NCBI GenBank assembly: GCA_039024555.1
Contig: JBCCQQ010000028.1
Span: 1 to 64,000, forward strand
Direction: 5' to 3'
Source: Cyanobacteria bacterium P01_D01_bin.156
GTDB taxonomy: Bacteria > Cyanobacteriota > Cyanobacteriia > Phormidesmidales > Phormidesmidaceae
DNA: 64,000 nt
Below, in pieces: positions 43,847 through 53,213 of this stretch (its first letter is position 1; every line of letters starts with the position of its first letter). A program made the translations under genes and the position numbers. The notes under the pieces were generated by a model. The model was not told where the DNA came from. It searched no databases and saw nothing but the letters and a program-made list of their open reading frames with translations.

Positions 43847-45568
43847 TCACCCCTTAGCGGCTAAAAGACAAGCAGCCGAGATCATTGTTTTACCTTGATC
43901 ACTCACAACAGCACAATCTTGTTGCAGACGCTGCAAGGCCGATGGTTGTGCTCGCAGCTGGGTAATAGCGACTGTCCATTCAGCGTCAAATTGCCGTAGC
44001 CACATACCCGGCATATCATCTGGATTAAAAGATTGCTCATCCACAAGCCAAAAATCAATGCCATAGTCATTAATGACGGACTGCAGTACAGATAGGTCTG
44101 GACTATATTGAGCCCTGATCAAATCCAAAATACGTTGACGAATTTGGCGGTAATACCCTTGATGGTAAGCCAAACTATGACCACGACTTAGCAATACTGA
44201 GCGTCCCGTAAATGCAGGAATATTCTCAGCCTCCTTAGCAAGAGAAGCAATCAGCGTATCTTTCGATTGCTGTTGAATATACTCGTATAAAACAACACGA
44301 TCGGACTTAATATAGAGAACGTTTAAAAAGCTATTGAGCAGCAAAGGATATCCCACTGTTATCATGGCAACTCCAGCAACCATAGCTATTGCCACCAGTT
44401 GTTTCCAGATCTGTTGCGGTGCACGGTTTAAGCGCTGTAATCCCCAATCCAATAGAGCTATCAGCACCACAGCAGACGCGATCGCAACAATGACCTTTAA
44501 CGAATGACGACTATATCGACTGGGTAAATGCAAACGAAATAACACCCCATGGGATAACAAAAATAGAACAAACGAAACAATCCCAAATTGAACAATTAAG
44601 GTACCGTGGCGAGTAATTTTTTTCAGTAGCGGCAACTTCAACCATTGCAATAAAGGAAACAATAGGGAAAAACAAATCGTAGTCGGCACAACGGGGGGCA
44701 GTAATCCACTACGACCTGAGAACAGCCAATATCGTACCCAATCATCATGGAAGTATGAATTTCGCCCCCCTGGTTGAAATTCAGCCATAGTTTTAGCCTG
44801 TTCTAAGGTCACCACAGGACCATAGGGAGACGTGACCAGAACATAGGGCAAAAGGACCAATACAGCTACGATAGCACCAACAATAAACAGCCTAAAATGA
44901 TGTCCTTTACTCCCCTGTGACCAGACGATGCGCAGGGCTAACAACAATACGGAGATGAAGACAAGGTGTGGATAAAACAACCCTTGCAAACAAATCACAA
45001 CAGCGCAGCCAACAAGACTACGCCGAGAAACATAAAATAACAAAGCTAATATTAGCAACACACTAAAGGCCTTTGGCGTGCCGGACGGGAGTTCATCCCA
45101 CATCCACAATGCCTGATTAAGAATAAGCGTATTAATAAATGCAATCAGTGGAACAGGAATAACAGCTAGCGCTAGATAAAATGTATATACCGTACCTAAC
45201 AGGCAAATAAGGGGGGGCAACAGTTTATGAAATGTCAGCGGATGGATGCCTACCCATGCAGCTAGACGATAGATAGCCTTATAGCCAATAGGAGCCACTG
45301 ACTGAAAATAATCAGCAACCAGGTCACCAGGAAACAGACCAGGATCAACATAGCGCCACATCCAAAACACATGTTGCCGGGCATCATCCTGGATGGCGTA
45401 GGGCTGTTCAAATACAAGTCGCCAAAACAAAATGCCATAGAGCATCGCAAACAGAAGACTTGCAAACAGCCAAACACGCTGATTTTTGAGGGTAGAACTC
45501 AGGCCATAATGATTGACCCAACTGGCGATAGTTTTCAAGACAGCATTACAAACAAGGTCCGGTCTCAT
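43847..45568 (-). CDS. Polytopic membrane protein, probable GT-C-type glycosyltransferase
   Basis: More than 10 TM helices, 'IQDDARQHVFWM', 'DYFQSVAPIGY', 'LHLPSRY', C-term 'YGIDFWLVD'; start uncertain (ORF extends to 45619). Confidence 0.65.
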   Translation of the reverse strand: MRPDLVCNAVLKTIASWVNHYGLSSTLKNQRVWLFASLLFAMLYGILFWRLVFEQPYAIQDDARQHVFWMWRYVDPGLFPGDLVADYFQSVAPIGYKAIYRLAAWVGIHPLTFHKLLPPLICLLGTVYTFYLALAVIPVPLIAFINTLILNQALWMWDELPSGTPKAFSVLLILALLFYVSRRSLVGCAVVICLQGLFYPHLVFISVLLLALRIVWSQGSKGHHFRLFIVGAIVAVLVLLPYVLVTSPYGPVVTLEQAKTMAEFQPGGRNSYFHDDWVRYWLFSGRSGLLPPVVPTTICFSLLFPLLQWLKLPLLKKITRHGTLIVQFGIVSFVLFLLSHGVLFRLHLPSRYSRHSLKVIVAIASAVVLIALLDWGLQRLNRAPQQIWKQLVAIAMVAGVAMITVGYPLLLNSFLNVLYIKSDRVVLYEYIQQQSKDTLIASLAKEAENIPAFTGRSVLLSRGHSLAYHQGYYRQIRQRILDLIRAQYSPDLSVLQSVINDYGIDFWLVDEQSFNPDDMPGMWLRQFDAEWTVAITQLRAQPSALQRLQQDCAVVSDQGKTMISAACLLAAKG

Positions 45569-45714
45569 CTTACTAGAGCCAGTGTCCAAAACAGATTCTA
45601 CAACCAAGAGAATCCACAACCAGACACCATGTGGATCAGTGCAATGAAGGAGGCCTCGAATCTGAACACCAATTGCGACTACCCGCTCAGATACAAGTGC
45701 TGCTAAGCACCAAT

Positions 45715-45746
45715 AAAAAACAGGACACCTGAATAGATATCCTGTT
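45715..45746 (-). terminator. Rho-independent terminator of the ccs/Rieske arm
   Basis: Minus strand aacaggatatct-attc-aggtgtcctgtt (with G-U pairs) running into a T tract. Confidence 0.7.
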
Positions 45747-45773
45747 ACACATTTAATCCGTTAACTGTGTAAG

Positions 45774-46238
45774 CTAAGCAGCTTTAACCAAAACTAGATC
45801 ACCGTCAATAATTGCTTCATAGGAACCGAGAGGATCCGTAGCAGGACCATTAGTTACACTGCCATCTATAGCAAATGTTGACCCATGACAAGGACATGCA
45901 AAGGCACCATCTTCGAATGCAACGGAACATCCTTGATGAGTACACATAGAATTTAGGGCAATAACGCTGTCAGCACCGGCTGGGTCACGAATGACAATCA
46001 CAGGCCCAGCAATAAAACTCTTTTTAGCCAAAAAACCATTGGCATCTAAGTCAGCAACGCTACCTAGGGCAGCAAAGCCATCTTCACGAGGGGTTTCATC
46101 GATAGCAGGTGGAGCAGAAGATGCAGCGGGTGCATCACTAGATGCTGTCTCTGGAGCCTTGCAAGCTGCGATCGCAACTGGCAAAGAAGTCGCAATCATG
46201 CCTAAGCCAACTAAATTACCAAATTCACGACGATTCAT
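45774..46238 (-). CDS. Rieske [2Fe-2S] protein, Tat-exported lipoprotein (PetC3-like)
   Basis: 'MNRREF' Tat motif, lipobox 'IAAC', Rieske boxes 'CTHQGC' and 'CPCHGS'. Confidence 0.92.
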   Translation of the reverse strand: MNRREFGNLVGLGMIATSLPVAIAACKAPETASSDAPAASSAPPAIDETPREDGFAALGSVADLDANGFLAKKSFIAGPVIVIRDPAGADSVIALNSMCTHQGCSVAFEDGAFACPCHGSTFAIDGSVTNGPATDPLGSYEAIIDGDLVLVKAA

Positions 46239-46331
46239 AACTCACTTTCCTCTCTCACTAACTGCTGTAACGTCGGATACCAGGCATCTAAACAGGAGAA
46301 AAAGACGAACGCATCGTCTCAGGGCAACCCA

Positions 46332-48047
46332 TTAATTACCAGATGGATTAGAACTCACTACCTGAGCGGGCTCAGCATCTGAAACAAAGACGTTACTCAA
46401 CCATCCTTGGTGACGAATGGCCGTAACCAGAACAAATAGCAGATCTAAACCAACAACACCAGCAATCATCATCTCTGAGCCACCGGTTCCAAAGCCATAG
46501 CTGTGAAGCCCCGTACCTAAAACAAAATTCACGCCGTACCAAGCCATTAGCACTGCATTAAAGGCAACCACGCTAGCAACACTAATCCCAAAGTTGCCAA
46601 TCCAACCCACTAAACGACCATGGAGAGGCACCAGATAACACAGCAATGCAATTAATGCCCAGGTTTCTTTTGGATCCCAGCCCCAGAAGCGCCCCCAGGA
46701 AAAATGCGCCCAGATTCCTCCTAAGATAATGCCACCGGTTAATAACAGGACACCCACCTGCAGCACTCGATAGTTCAGCTGAGAAAGCAACTTAATGCGA
46801 GAAGTCGCGTTGGGGGTAAATAAATAACTCCCCAAGGCCACATGGCCTAAACCAAGTGCTAGGGCAAAACTGGCATAGCTGAGCGCAATGGTCGGTACAT
46901 GAATACTCAGCCAGAAATTATCCCGTAGCACCGGCACTAGAGGAGAAATGCTGGGATCTAAAACAGCCGGTAGACTGTCAGCCAAAATTAAACACACCAC
47001 CGAGAGCGGAGCCGCTGCTAACAGGTAATACTTAGAGCGATGGAGTAATTCAAAGGCCAAGGCAATAGCCGCAATACCAAACCCAACCCAAACCACAGAC
47101 TCATACATGTTGGTCACCGGAGGCCTACCGGCAATCTGCATCCGCAGCCAAAAGCCACAGCTTTGGACCATGACCCCAGCAACAAACGTCCCAATTGCAG
47201 TCCAGTACAAATTGAAAGGCTGCACCCATAGGGCCACCAACATAATGACAAAGGCAATGGCGTACAGCTGCCACGCCTTGGCAAAGGGATGAAAGTGATT
47301 AAAAAAGACTTCCCGCTGCATCACCCCATTCGCTGGGTAGACGGTAGGACTAAGCTCGGCAAGACCTGTTTTCAAAGACTGCGCCAAAGGCTCCAGCATC
47401 GGCAAATGGTCAGTACCCGACAAAATCGTTTGCTTAATAATGGCAAAGTTAGCCAACAGTGGCCCTACAGCCTCAGCCTCATAGAGACTCTGTGCTTCAG
47501 TAATGCCGACCCACTTACCCTTAATATCGTCAGGGTGGGGAACGATTGCGATCGCATTATCATCCACCATGCTCAACATCAGCTGCAGACGATCCTCAAT
47601 GGTTAGTGCCTCACGCTCTTCGCGACTTAAATCTTCATCATCAATCTGTTTTCGATGAGCAGAACGCACCACTTCAGCCAGGGGCTCATTTCTCATCAAT
47701 GTGGCAAAAGAGAAATGCTTTTGCTCTACATCCAAGCCAGCTAGCTCCTTTAAAGGGCGATAGCTCACCAACACAAATGGCTCTTCATTCCAGTTACGGT
47801 TATTCAGCCACAGAGACATAAATGTTTCCATGGAGCTCTCTTGGATACCTTCATGCCGATAGGTAGTCGCCCCATAAATCTTGGCAACGGTTTCCTGAGC
47901 GACGGTGTCTAAAGGCTTTTTACGACCACCTTGCTGCACAGTCATCGTCTCTAAGCTATCTAGAGCAGATGGCTGAAACTGACTAATGGGCATAGCGATT
48001 AGCAGTAGCCCTAAACATAAGCCAATCGCAAATTTGAGAAGTTTCAT
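46332..48047 (-). CDS. ccsA: Cytochrome c biogenesis System II heme-attachment protein CcsA, long form
   Basis: WWD domain 'GGIWAHFSWGRFWGWDPKETWALI', 'PVTNMYES', 'PVLRDNFWLSIHV', 'GLHSYG'; extra N-terminal domain with 'GGRKKPLDT'. Confidence 0.9.
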   Translation of the reverse strand: MKLLKFAIGLCLGLLLIAMPISQFQPSALDSLETMTVQQGGRKKPLDTVAQETVAKIYGATTYRHEGIQESSMETFMSLWLNNRNWNEEPFVLVSYRPLKELAGLDVEQKHFSFATLMRNEPLAEVVRSAHRKQIDDEDLSREEREALTIEDRLQLMLSMVDDNAIAIVPHPDDIKGKWVGITEAQSLYEAEAVGPLLANFAIIKQTILSGTDHLPMLEPLAQSLKTGLAELSPTVYPANGVMQREVFFNHFHPFAKAWQLYAIAFVIMLVALWVQPFNLYWTAIGTFVAGVMVQSCGFWLRMQIAGRPPVTNMYESVVWVGFGIAAIALAFELLHRSKYYLLAAAPLSVVCLILADSLPAVLDPSISPLVPVLRDNFWLSIHVPTIALSYASFALALGLGHVALGSYLFTPNATSRIKLLSQLNYRVLQVGVLLLTGGIILGGIWAHFSWGRFWGWDPKETWALIALLCYLVPLHGRLVGWIGNFGISVASVVAFNAVLMAWYGVNFVLGTGLHSYGFGTGGSEMMIAGVVGLDLLFVLVTAIRHQGWLSNVFVSDAEPAQVVSSNPSGN

Positions 48048-48114
48048 GGATTGAGAAGCAATAATGTTGTGAGATTAAAAACGTATTCTTATGTCAGAGC
48101 AACCATTGCTCTCA

Positions 48115-49911
48115 CTAACGGCTTGAGAAAAAACTCAGAATAGGAATGGGTGAGGTAGCCTCTCCAGATTTCTCTTCCCCATCAGATGAGCCTAAAAGAT
48201 TAGCAGCAATCTTTAGATTTTTAGCCACCGAACGACCATAGAACATAACAGCCACTCCAATCGTGACCATCAGCGACCCTAACCAAGTCAGCCCCGTGAC
48301 CCACCAAGGCTCCCGCTTTACCTGCAAGGTAGACTGGGCTAAATCTCCTGGATTCCAGGACGCTTGGGCAATTTTCCATCCTCTAAACCAAGTGGGATGA
48401 TTCATCCATACGCGCCGCTCAGATAAATCACCATTCGCAGGGTCCATCAAGGTCATTAAGCTAGTCCACATTGCCACAGACTCACTACCCTCATTGCGCT
48501 CCACAATAAAATCATTGAGTTTAAGCGCAAAAGGTAGCTGCATGAGTTTCGGACTAAATGCCACATACCAGGTTGTATCACTATCTTCTACCGTGGTTGG
48601 CTCTCCCCACGGGACCCAAGTAAGCGTGCCATCTGCCGTGGATATCTGCAAAGCAGGCTCTCCGCCTTCCGAACCCTCTGGCAAAGGTACCACATCACGC
48701 TCAACTCGGGCTCTGGGAACATACTCCTCAAGAGTAATTGCAAAATCAGCCCAACCAGGCATAATCGACTGGCCCACCACAAGTGGACCTGACTTAAACC
48801 CTTTAGACGATTTAGCCGCGTAGTAGAGATGCCCATCAGCATCAACGATTACCTTAAAGAATGCGTCTGGTTGAGCGTCAGCAGAAATGGTATAACGCAC
48901 ATCAACATCCAAGGGCGCATCTCCTGCCAGCTGGGTACGAATGGGAGAAAATTCTGGATTACCAAAAACAAACCATCGCTCAGCAACATCACCGATGGAT
49001 AGCTCCAGCTGCACAGCTGGATTGCGCAATTGCTGAGTAGACGTTTCGGGCTGACCGTTGCCATCCAGACGAAAATCAGGCCAAAAATCTTTAACGGTGA
49101 GGGTTACATCATCCAAATGCATGACCTTGCCAAGGCCAGCTTTCACATCTACGCTCTGACCACCTTCTGAGACCTGCAAAGTACCCCAAACGCCACCAAG
49201 ACTTTCTTCAGATGGCTGCTGTAGCGAATTTCGTAAAGCTTGCTCAGAATCAACCTTAGCAATCTGCAACTCAGCAGGTCCAATATCCATTCGGTCGTAA
49301 GCAGCAGGTGCCACCGCCAACCAACGCTCTAGGCTTTGCCCCATACGTTGGCTACTCAGAGCAAGACGCACTGCCGGATTGTCAATAGCAGCACCATCAA
49401 CGAAATGAACCGTTTTAATGGCGTGGCTGGTGTAACCAAGCAGAGACAAATCTCCAAGATGATCAGGAACAACCGTGCCATCACCTTTAATAAATAAGGA
49501 TGTTTGCTGCGTCTCCTTACCAGGTACAGCAACTTCCACTAAATCCCCTTCTACCCGCAGCGTACTAACGGGGCCACCATCGGTACGAGCCAGCAACATT
49601 CCCTCAACACTTAAATGGATGACAGCCGCTGAACCAGCAATAATTACGACTAGCCCCCAGTGGGCAATTGCAAAGCCAACCTTACGTGCCCCTCGCCATG
49701 GATAGCGCAACAATGTAGACACACTCAAGTTCACCGCCAGCAAAAACATCAGAGCTCCGAACCACGGACTCTTATAAATCTCTTGCTGAACAACCGCCGA
49801 TCCGACCTCTGCCTCATAAAATGTGGCACCGATTAACACAGCACCGATCACTGCGAGCAGAGGCACAGCCAACCGAATTGAGCCAATAAATTGAATCGCT
49901 ACAGAACCCAT
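48115..49911 (-). CDS. Cytochrome c biogenesis ResB/CcsB-like protein
   Basis: 'SIRLAVPLL...IGATFYE...IYKSPWF', TM His 'GFAIAHWGL', large periplasmic region, 'LPFALKLNDF', 'MNHP', C-terminal TM. Confidence 0.85.
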   Translation of the reverse strand: MGSVAIQFIGSIRLAVPLLAVIGAVLIGATFYEAEVGSAVVQQEIYKSPWFGALMFLLAVNLSVSTLLRYPWRGARKVGFAIAHWGLVVIIAGSAAVIHLSVEGMLLARTDGGPVSTLRVEGDLVEVAVPGKETQQTSLFIKGDGTVVPDHLGDLSLLGYTSHAIKTVHFVDGAAIDNPAVRLALSSQRMGQSLERWLAVAPAAYDRMDIGPAELQIAKVDSEQALRNSLQQPSEESLGGVWGTLQVSEGGQSVDVKAGLGKVMHLDDVTLTVKDFWPDFRLDGNGQPETSTQQLRNPAVQLELSIGDVAERWFVFGNPEFSPIRTQLAGDAPLDVDVRYTISADAQPDAFFKVIVDADGHLYYAAKSSKGFKSGPLVVGQSIMPGWADFAITLEEYVPRARVERDVVPLPEGSEGGEPALQISTADGTLTWVPWGEPTTVEDSDTTWYVAFSPKLMQLPFALKLNDFIVERNEGSESVAMWTSLMTLMDPANGDLSERRVWMNHPTWFRGWKIAQASWNPGDLAQSTLQVKREPWWVTGLTWLGSLMVTIGVAVMFYGRSVAKNLKIAANLLGSSDGEEKSGEATSPIPILSFFSSR

Positions 49912-50287
49912 AAAACAAGGAGATAATAAAATGCTAGCCAGTTAACCAGCTAGCAACATCCAACAATCTTCACCACGAACGCTAGTATTTTTTGTAAAAG
50001 AAATCACACTTTTTTGGGTTTTACCGTCCGTGATTCCCACACTATGCGAAAAACGAATCACTCATCATCAATAAACGCAAGTAGCAATTGTTTTCGGAAC
50101 AAAGCAAACACCAGTAATCAATGTAGAACAGTCTCAAAAAAAATGCTAAAACGCCTTTTGAGAATGAATTATGACTCTTGAAAGATATTCCATCAGATGG
50201 AAACAACATTATTTTCTTCTGTCAAAAAAAGCTCAATCCCCTTTTTGCAAGTATTGAATGCAATAAAAGGATTAGTACATATTTTTG

Positions 50288-50329
50288 GTATCTGAAGCAA
50301 CAAAAAAATACTTAGGATCGCCATACCTT
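50288..50329 (+). promoter_or_regulatory. Putative NtcA-activated promoter
   Basis: GTA-TCTGAAGC-AAC (50288-50301, A/T flanked), exactly 22 nt, then TACCTT (TAN3T, 50324-50329). Confidence 0.6.
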
Positions 50330-50624
50330 GATAGTCACATAAGTGTCCGCACGATTACGTATCCTTCTCCCTTGAAAAGAGTGGAATTTGTTTTCGAGCT
50401 TTCTCTTATGTAAAACGATCAGAGAACCTGTTGATTTGGCGACGTGCAGTTTTAATTCCTTGAGCTTTATATCCTCCATATCTCTGTTTTGTTAATTTTT
50501 TCTAGTATTTCTCAACCTAGTTTTGGGGACTCGAAGAATTGCTTAACAGGCAGTAGACGCGCACCTCGTAGGTTCTTTGAAACAAACCCTGTAATGTAAA
50601 TTTGTTGAATTCGAGACTGTAGGC

Positions 50625-51614
50625 ATGTCCTTAAACGTTGAGTTGTTAGAGCAGAGCTTCGAACTCGTGAAGCCAAAAGCAGATGAGTTTGTAGGAAGTT
50701 TCTACAACAATCTGTTCACTGACTATCCAGCCGCTAAGCCCCTGTTTGAGCATTCCGATATGGGGAAGCAACAACAGATGCTGAAGGGAGCTCTAGTCAT
50801 GGTGATTGAGAACCTCAGAAAGCCAGAGGCGTTAAGCAAGGCTCTCAAGGGTTTGGGGGCACGCCACGTCAAGTATGGAGCACTTCCAGAACATTATCCT
50901 TTAGTGGGAAATAGTCTGCTTAAAACTTTAGAGCAGTATGCGGGTAGCGCTTGGACTTCAGAGCTTAAGGAGGCTTGGACAGGTGCCTATGGTGCCATCA
51001 CCGAACTCATGCTTGAGGGAGCTGACTACACAAAGGAAGAAGTTGCTCTAGAAAACGTACCAGCGCCCGCTGAAGAAGGTGGTCTAAAGGTTGAGCTTTT
51101 AGAGAAAAGTTTTGCATTGGTAGCGCCAAAAGCCGATGATTTAGTCTCGACATTTTACGACAATTTATTTACTGACTATCCAGACTCTAGACCTCTGTTT
51201 GAGCACACTGATATGGCCAATCAGAAGAAGATGCTTAAGGGTGGTTTAGTCATGGTTATCGAAAATCTTCGTAAGCCTGAAGTATTAAGTAAAGCCCTGA
51301 AGGGATTAGGCGCTCGCCACGTCAAATATGGAGCTCTACCAGCCCACTATCCTTTGGTAGGCAACAGTCTTCTCAAAACATTAGAACAGTATGCAGGCTC
51401 TGCATGGACTTCTGATGTTAAAGAAGCTTGGGTCGGTGCTTACGGAGCTATCACTGAACTAATGCTTGAGGGAGCCGAATATGACAAACAGGACGTTCAG
51501 CTAAGTTCTGCTGAAACAGTTGCTGTTCCTGAGGGCATTGGGATGGGAAAAGTAGGCGGCATCATCGGTGGTGGAGCTGCTCTTTTAGTTATTCTCATGA
51601 TTATTCTGCTTTAG
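50625..51614 (+). CDS. Tandem two-domain globin (flavohemoglobin-type globin fold) with C-terminal membrane anchor
   Basis: Two ~131-aa repeats, each with 'FY..LF' (B10 Tyr), 'PLF' (CD1), Gln E7, 'LGARHVKYG' (F8 His), 'HYPLVG', 'AW..AYG'; ends 'GGGAALLVILMIILL'. Confidence 0.92.
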   Translation: MSLNVELLEQSFELVKPKADEFVGSFYNNLFTDYPAAKPLFEHSDMGKQQQMLKGALVMVIENLRKPEALSKALKGLGARHVKYGALPEHYPLVGNSLLKTLEQYAGSAWTSELKEAWTGAYGAITELMLEGADYTKEEVALENVPAPAEEGGLKVELLEKSFALVAPKADDLVSTFYDNLFTDYPDSRPLFEHTDMANQKKMLKGGLVMVIENLRKPEVLSKALKGLGARHVKYGALPAHYPLVGNSLLKTLEQYAGSAWTSDVKEAWVGAYGAITELMLEGAEYDKQDVQLSSAETVAVPEGIGMGKVGGIIGGGAALLVILMIILL

Positions 51615-51635
51615 GTTGGGTTGTTTAGGGATTTC

Positions 51636-52277
51636 ATGGCACGCTCCTTAAAGCAAAGATTAGGGAAATTACTTTCGCTCAGAACAGGAATTATTCTGGC
51701 CATAGCCATGCTTCTAGTCTGGGTTTCAGCAGCATTTGCGCTGGACCAGAAGCAGATATTTTTGCCAGGCGAAACGTCCGAGGGACATCATATTTTTGAA
51801 GCTTCTTGTGCCTCTTGTCATGAAGGTTTCAAGCCTGTGAGTAATGAGACATGTACTCGCTGTCATCAAGCTGAATTGGTAGACGATGTCCACGGTGTTA
51901 AAAAATTTCGAGATCCTCGCTGGGCAGAATATCGCGAACGTGTTGATGTGCTTACATGTACAGCTTGTCACAACGAGCATGTTCACATGTTTGGACGAGG
52001 TGTGAATCTACAGCCTGACCTCTGTATGGCGTGTCATGAGGAGTTGACGCTTACCCAGCTGAAGAGTCATGAGGGCTTTGCAGCTGATGGATGTTGGACG
52101 GCTGGCTGTCACAATTACCACGATCACCGAACCATATCCACTGGATTCTTACGGCAAAACATGGGAGCTCCAGAGATGCTGCCTGTTCAACAGGTTCCAG
52201 AGCGGGTGGTAACCACATCGCTCGATTCAGCACCTGCACCTAATCTCCAGAAAGAGTTTCTTGGAGGTGGTTCATGA
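51636..52277 (+). CDS. Pentaheme cytochrome c (4 CXXCH + 1 CX4CH), exported or N-terminally anchored
   Basis: CASCH, CTRCH, CTACH, CMACH, CWTAGCH; N-terminal hydrophobic signal; start taken at ATG 51636. Confidence 0.88.
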   Translation: MARSLKQRLGKLLSLRTGIILAIAMLLVWVSAAFALDQKQIFLPGETSEGHHIFEASCASCHEGFKPVSNETCTRCHQAELVDDVHGVKKFRDPRWAEYRERVDVLTCTACHNEHVHMFGRGVNLQPDLCMACHEELTLTQLKSHEGFAADGCWTAGCHNYHDHRTISTGFLRQNMGAPEMLPVQQVPERVVTTSLDSAPAPNLQKEFLGGGS

Positions 52278-53083
52278 TTGCCCACATCAGTCAATTAACA
52301 TTGCGTTCCCTGCTGATTTTCACCTTGGTGACTGGCTTAATTGTGGGTTACCCGCACTCAGCGATCGCAACTACTGAGCAGGAGCTAGCCGATATCACAG
52401 CCCAGTGGGAAGCGAGTGTTCATGGTCTCAATGACATCAACTGCTCTAGCTGTCATGAGAATAAGGAAACCAACGAGTTCGTTGCATCTCCTAATCATGA
52501 GAGCTGTCAATCATGTCATGAGCAGTCCGTCGAAACATTTTTGCTAAGTAAGCATGGGATTCGTCTGTTAGAGGACAAATCCAGCCTGACCCCAGCCATG
52601 GCTAGGTTACCTATGCAACATGCTGCTTTTGATAAGCAGATGAACTGCAATGCCTGTCACAACGTGCATTCAGTGAACACGGTTGAGGCATCTGTGGATG
52701 CTTGCTTGACTTGCCATAATGACAATCACTCTCTGAACTATAGAAATTCAAAGCATGCTCAATTGTTTGCCGACAGCAAGTCGCTGCCTCAGCCAGGGGC
52801 TGGAGCCGTAAGCTGTGCCACGTGTCATCTACCGCGTTTTTCTGATGAGAATGCTGGTGACGTCGTCAGAGTGAATCACAACAATACCTACAACCTCAAG
52901 CCGCAGGATCGCATGGTGGGGGATGTATGTATGAACTGTCACGGCATTGAGTACAGCTACAACAGTATTTTCGACCCTGAGCTGGTCGAAGCCAATTTTG
53001 ACCGACCTCCAACCCTTGAAATGGAGACCTTCGACTTGATGAAGGCTGCTGAGGCAAGGAGATCGGGCAATGACTCTGAGTAA
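52274..53083 (+). CDS. Hexaheme cytochrome c, exported
   Basis: CSSCH, CQSCH, CNACH, CLTCH, CATCH, CMNCH; signal peptide; ATGA overlap with the previous gene and GGAGG RBS. Confidence 0.9.
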   Translation: MIAHISQLTLRSLLIFTLVTGLIVGYPHSAIATTEQELADITAQWEASVHGLNDINCSSCHENKETNEFVASPNHESCQSCHEQSVETFLLSKHGIRLLEDKSSLTPAMARLPMQHAAFDKQMNCNACHNVHSVNTVEASVDACLTCHNDNHSLNYRNSKHAQLFADSKSLPQPGAGAVSCATCHLPRFSDENAGDVVRVNHNNTYNLKPQDRMVGDVCMNCHGIEYSYNSIFDPELVEANFDRPPTLEMETFDLMKAAEARRSGNDSE

Positions 53084-53213
53084 CAGTAAATTGTTGCTCG
53101 GACCCCTCTGTGTGGCTTGGCCACATTTGCATTGAAACCTTTTGACCAGGGCCTTCAATATCTAAATGTAGCCAAGAGCGACATACCCGGATGTACCAGG
53201 AGACAATCGATAA

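Noticed and set aside
51636..53083. Calling the cytochromes NrfA or hydroxylamine oxidoreductase
   Set aside because: No CXXCK motif, and sizes and heme counts (5 and 6) do not fit NrfA or octaheme HAO.
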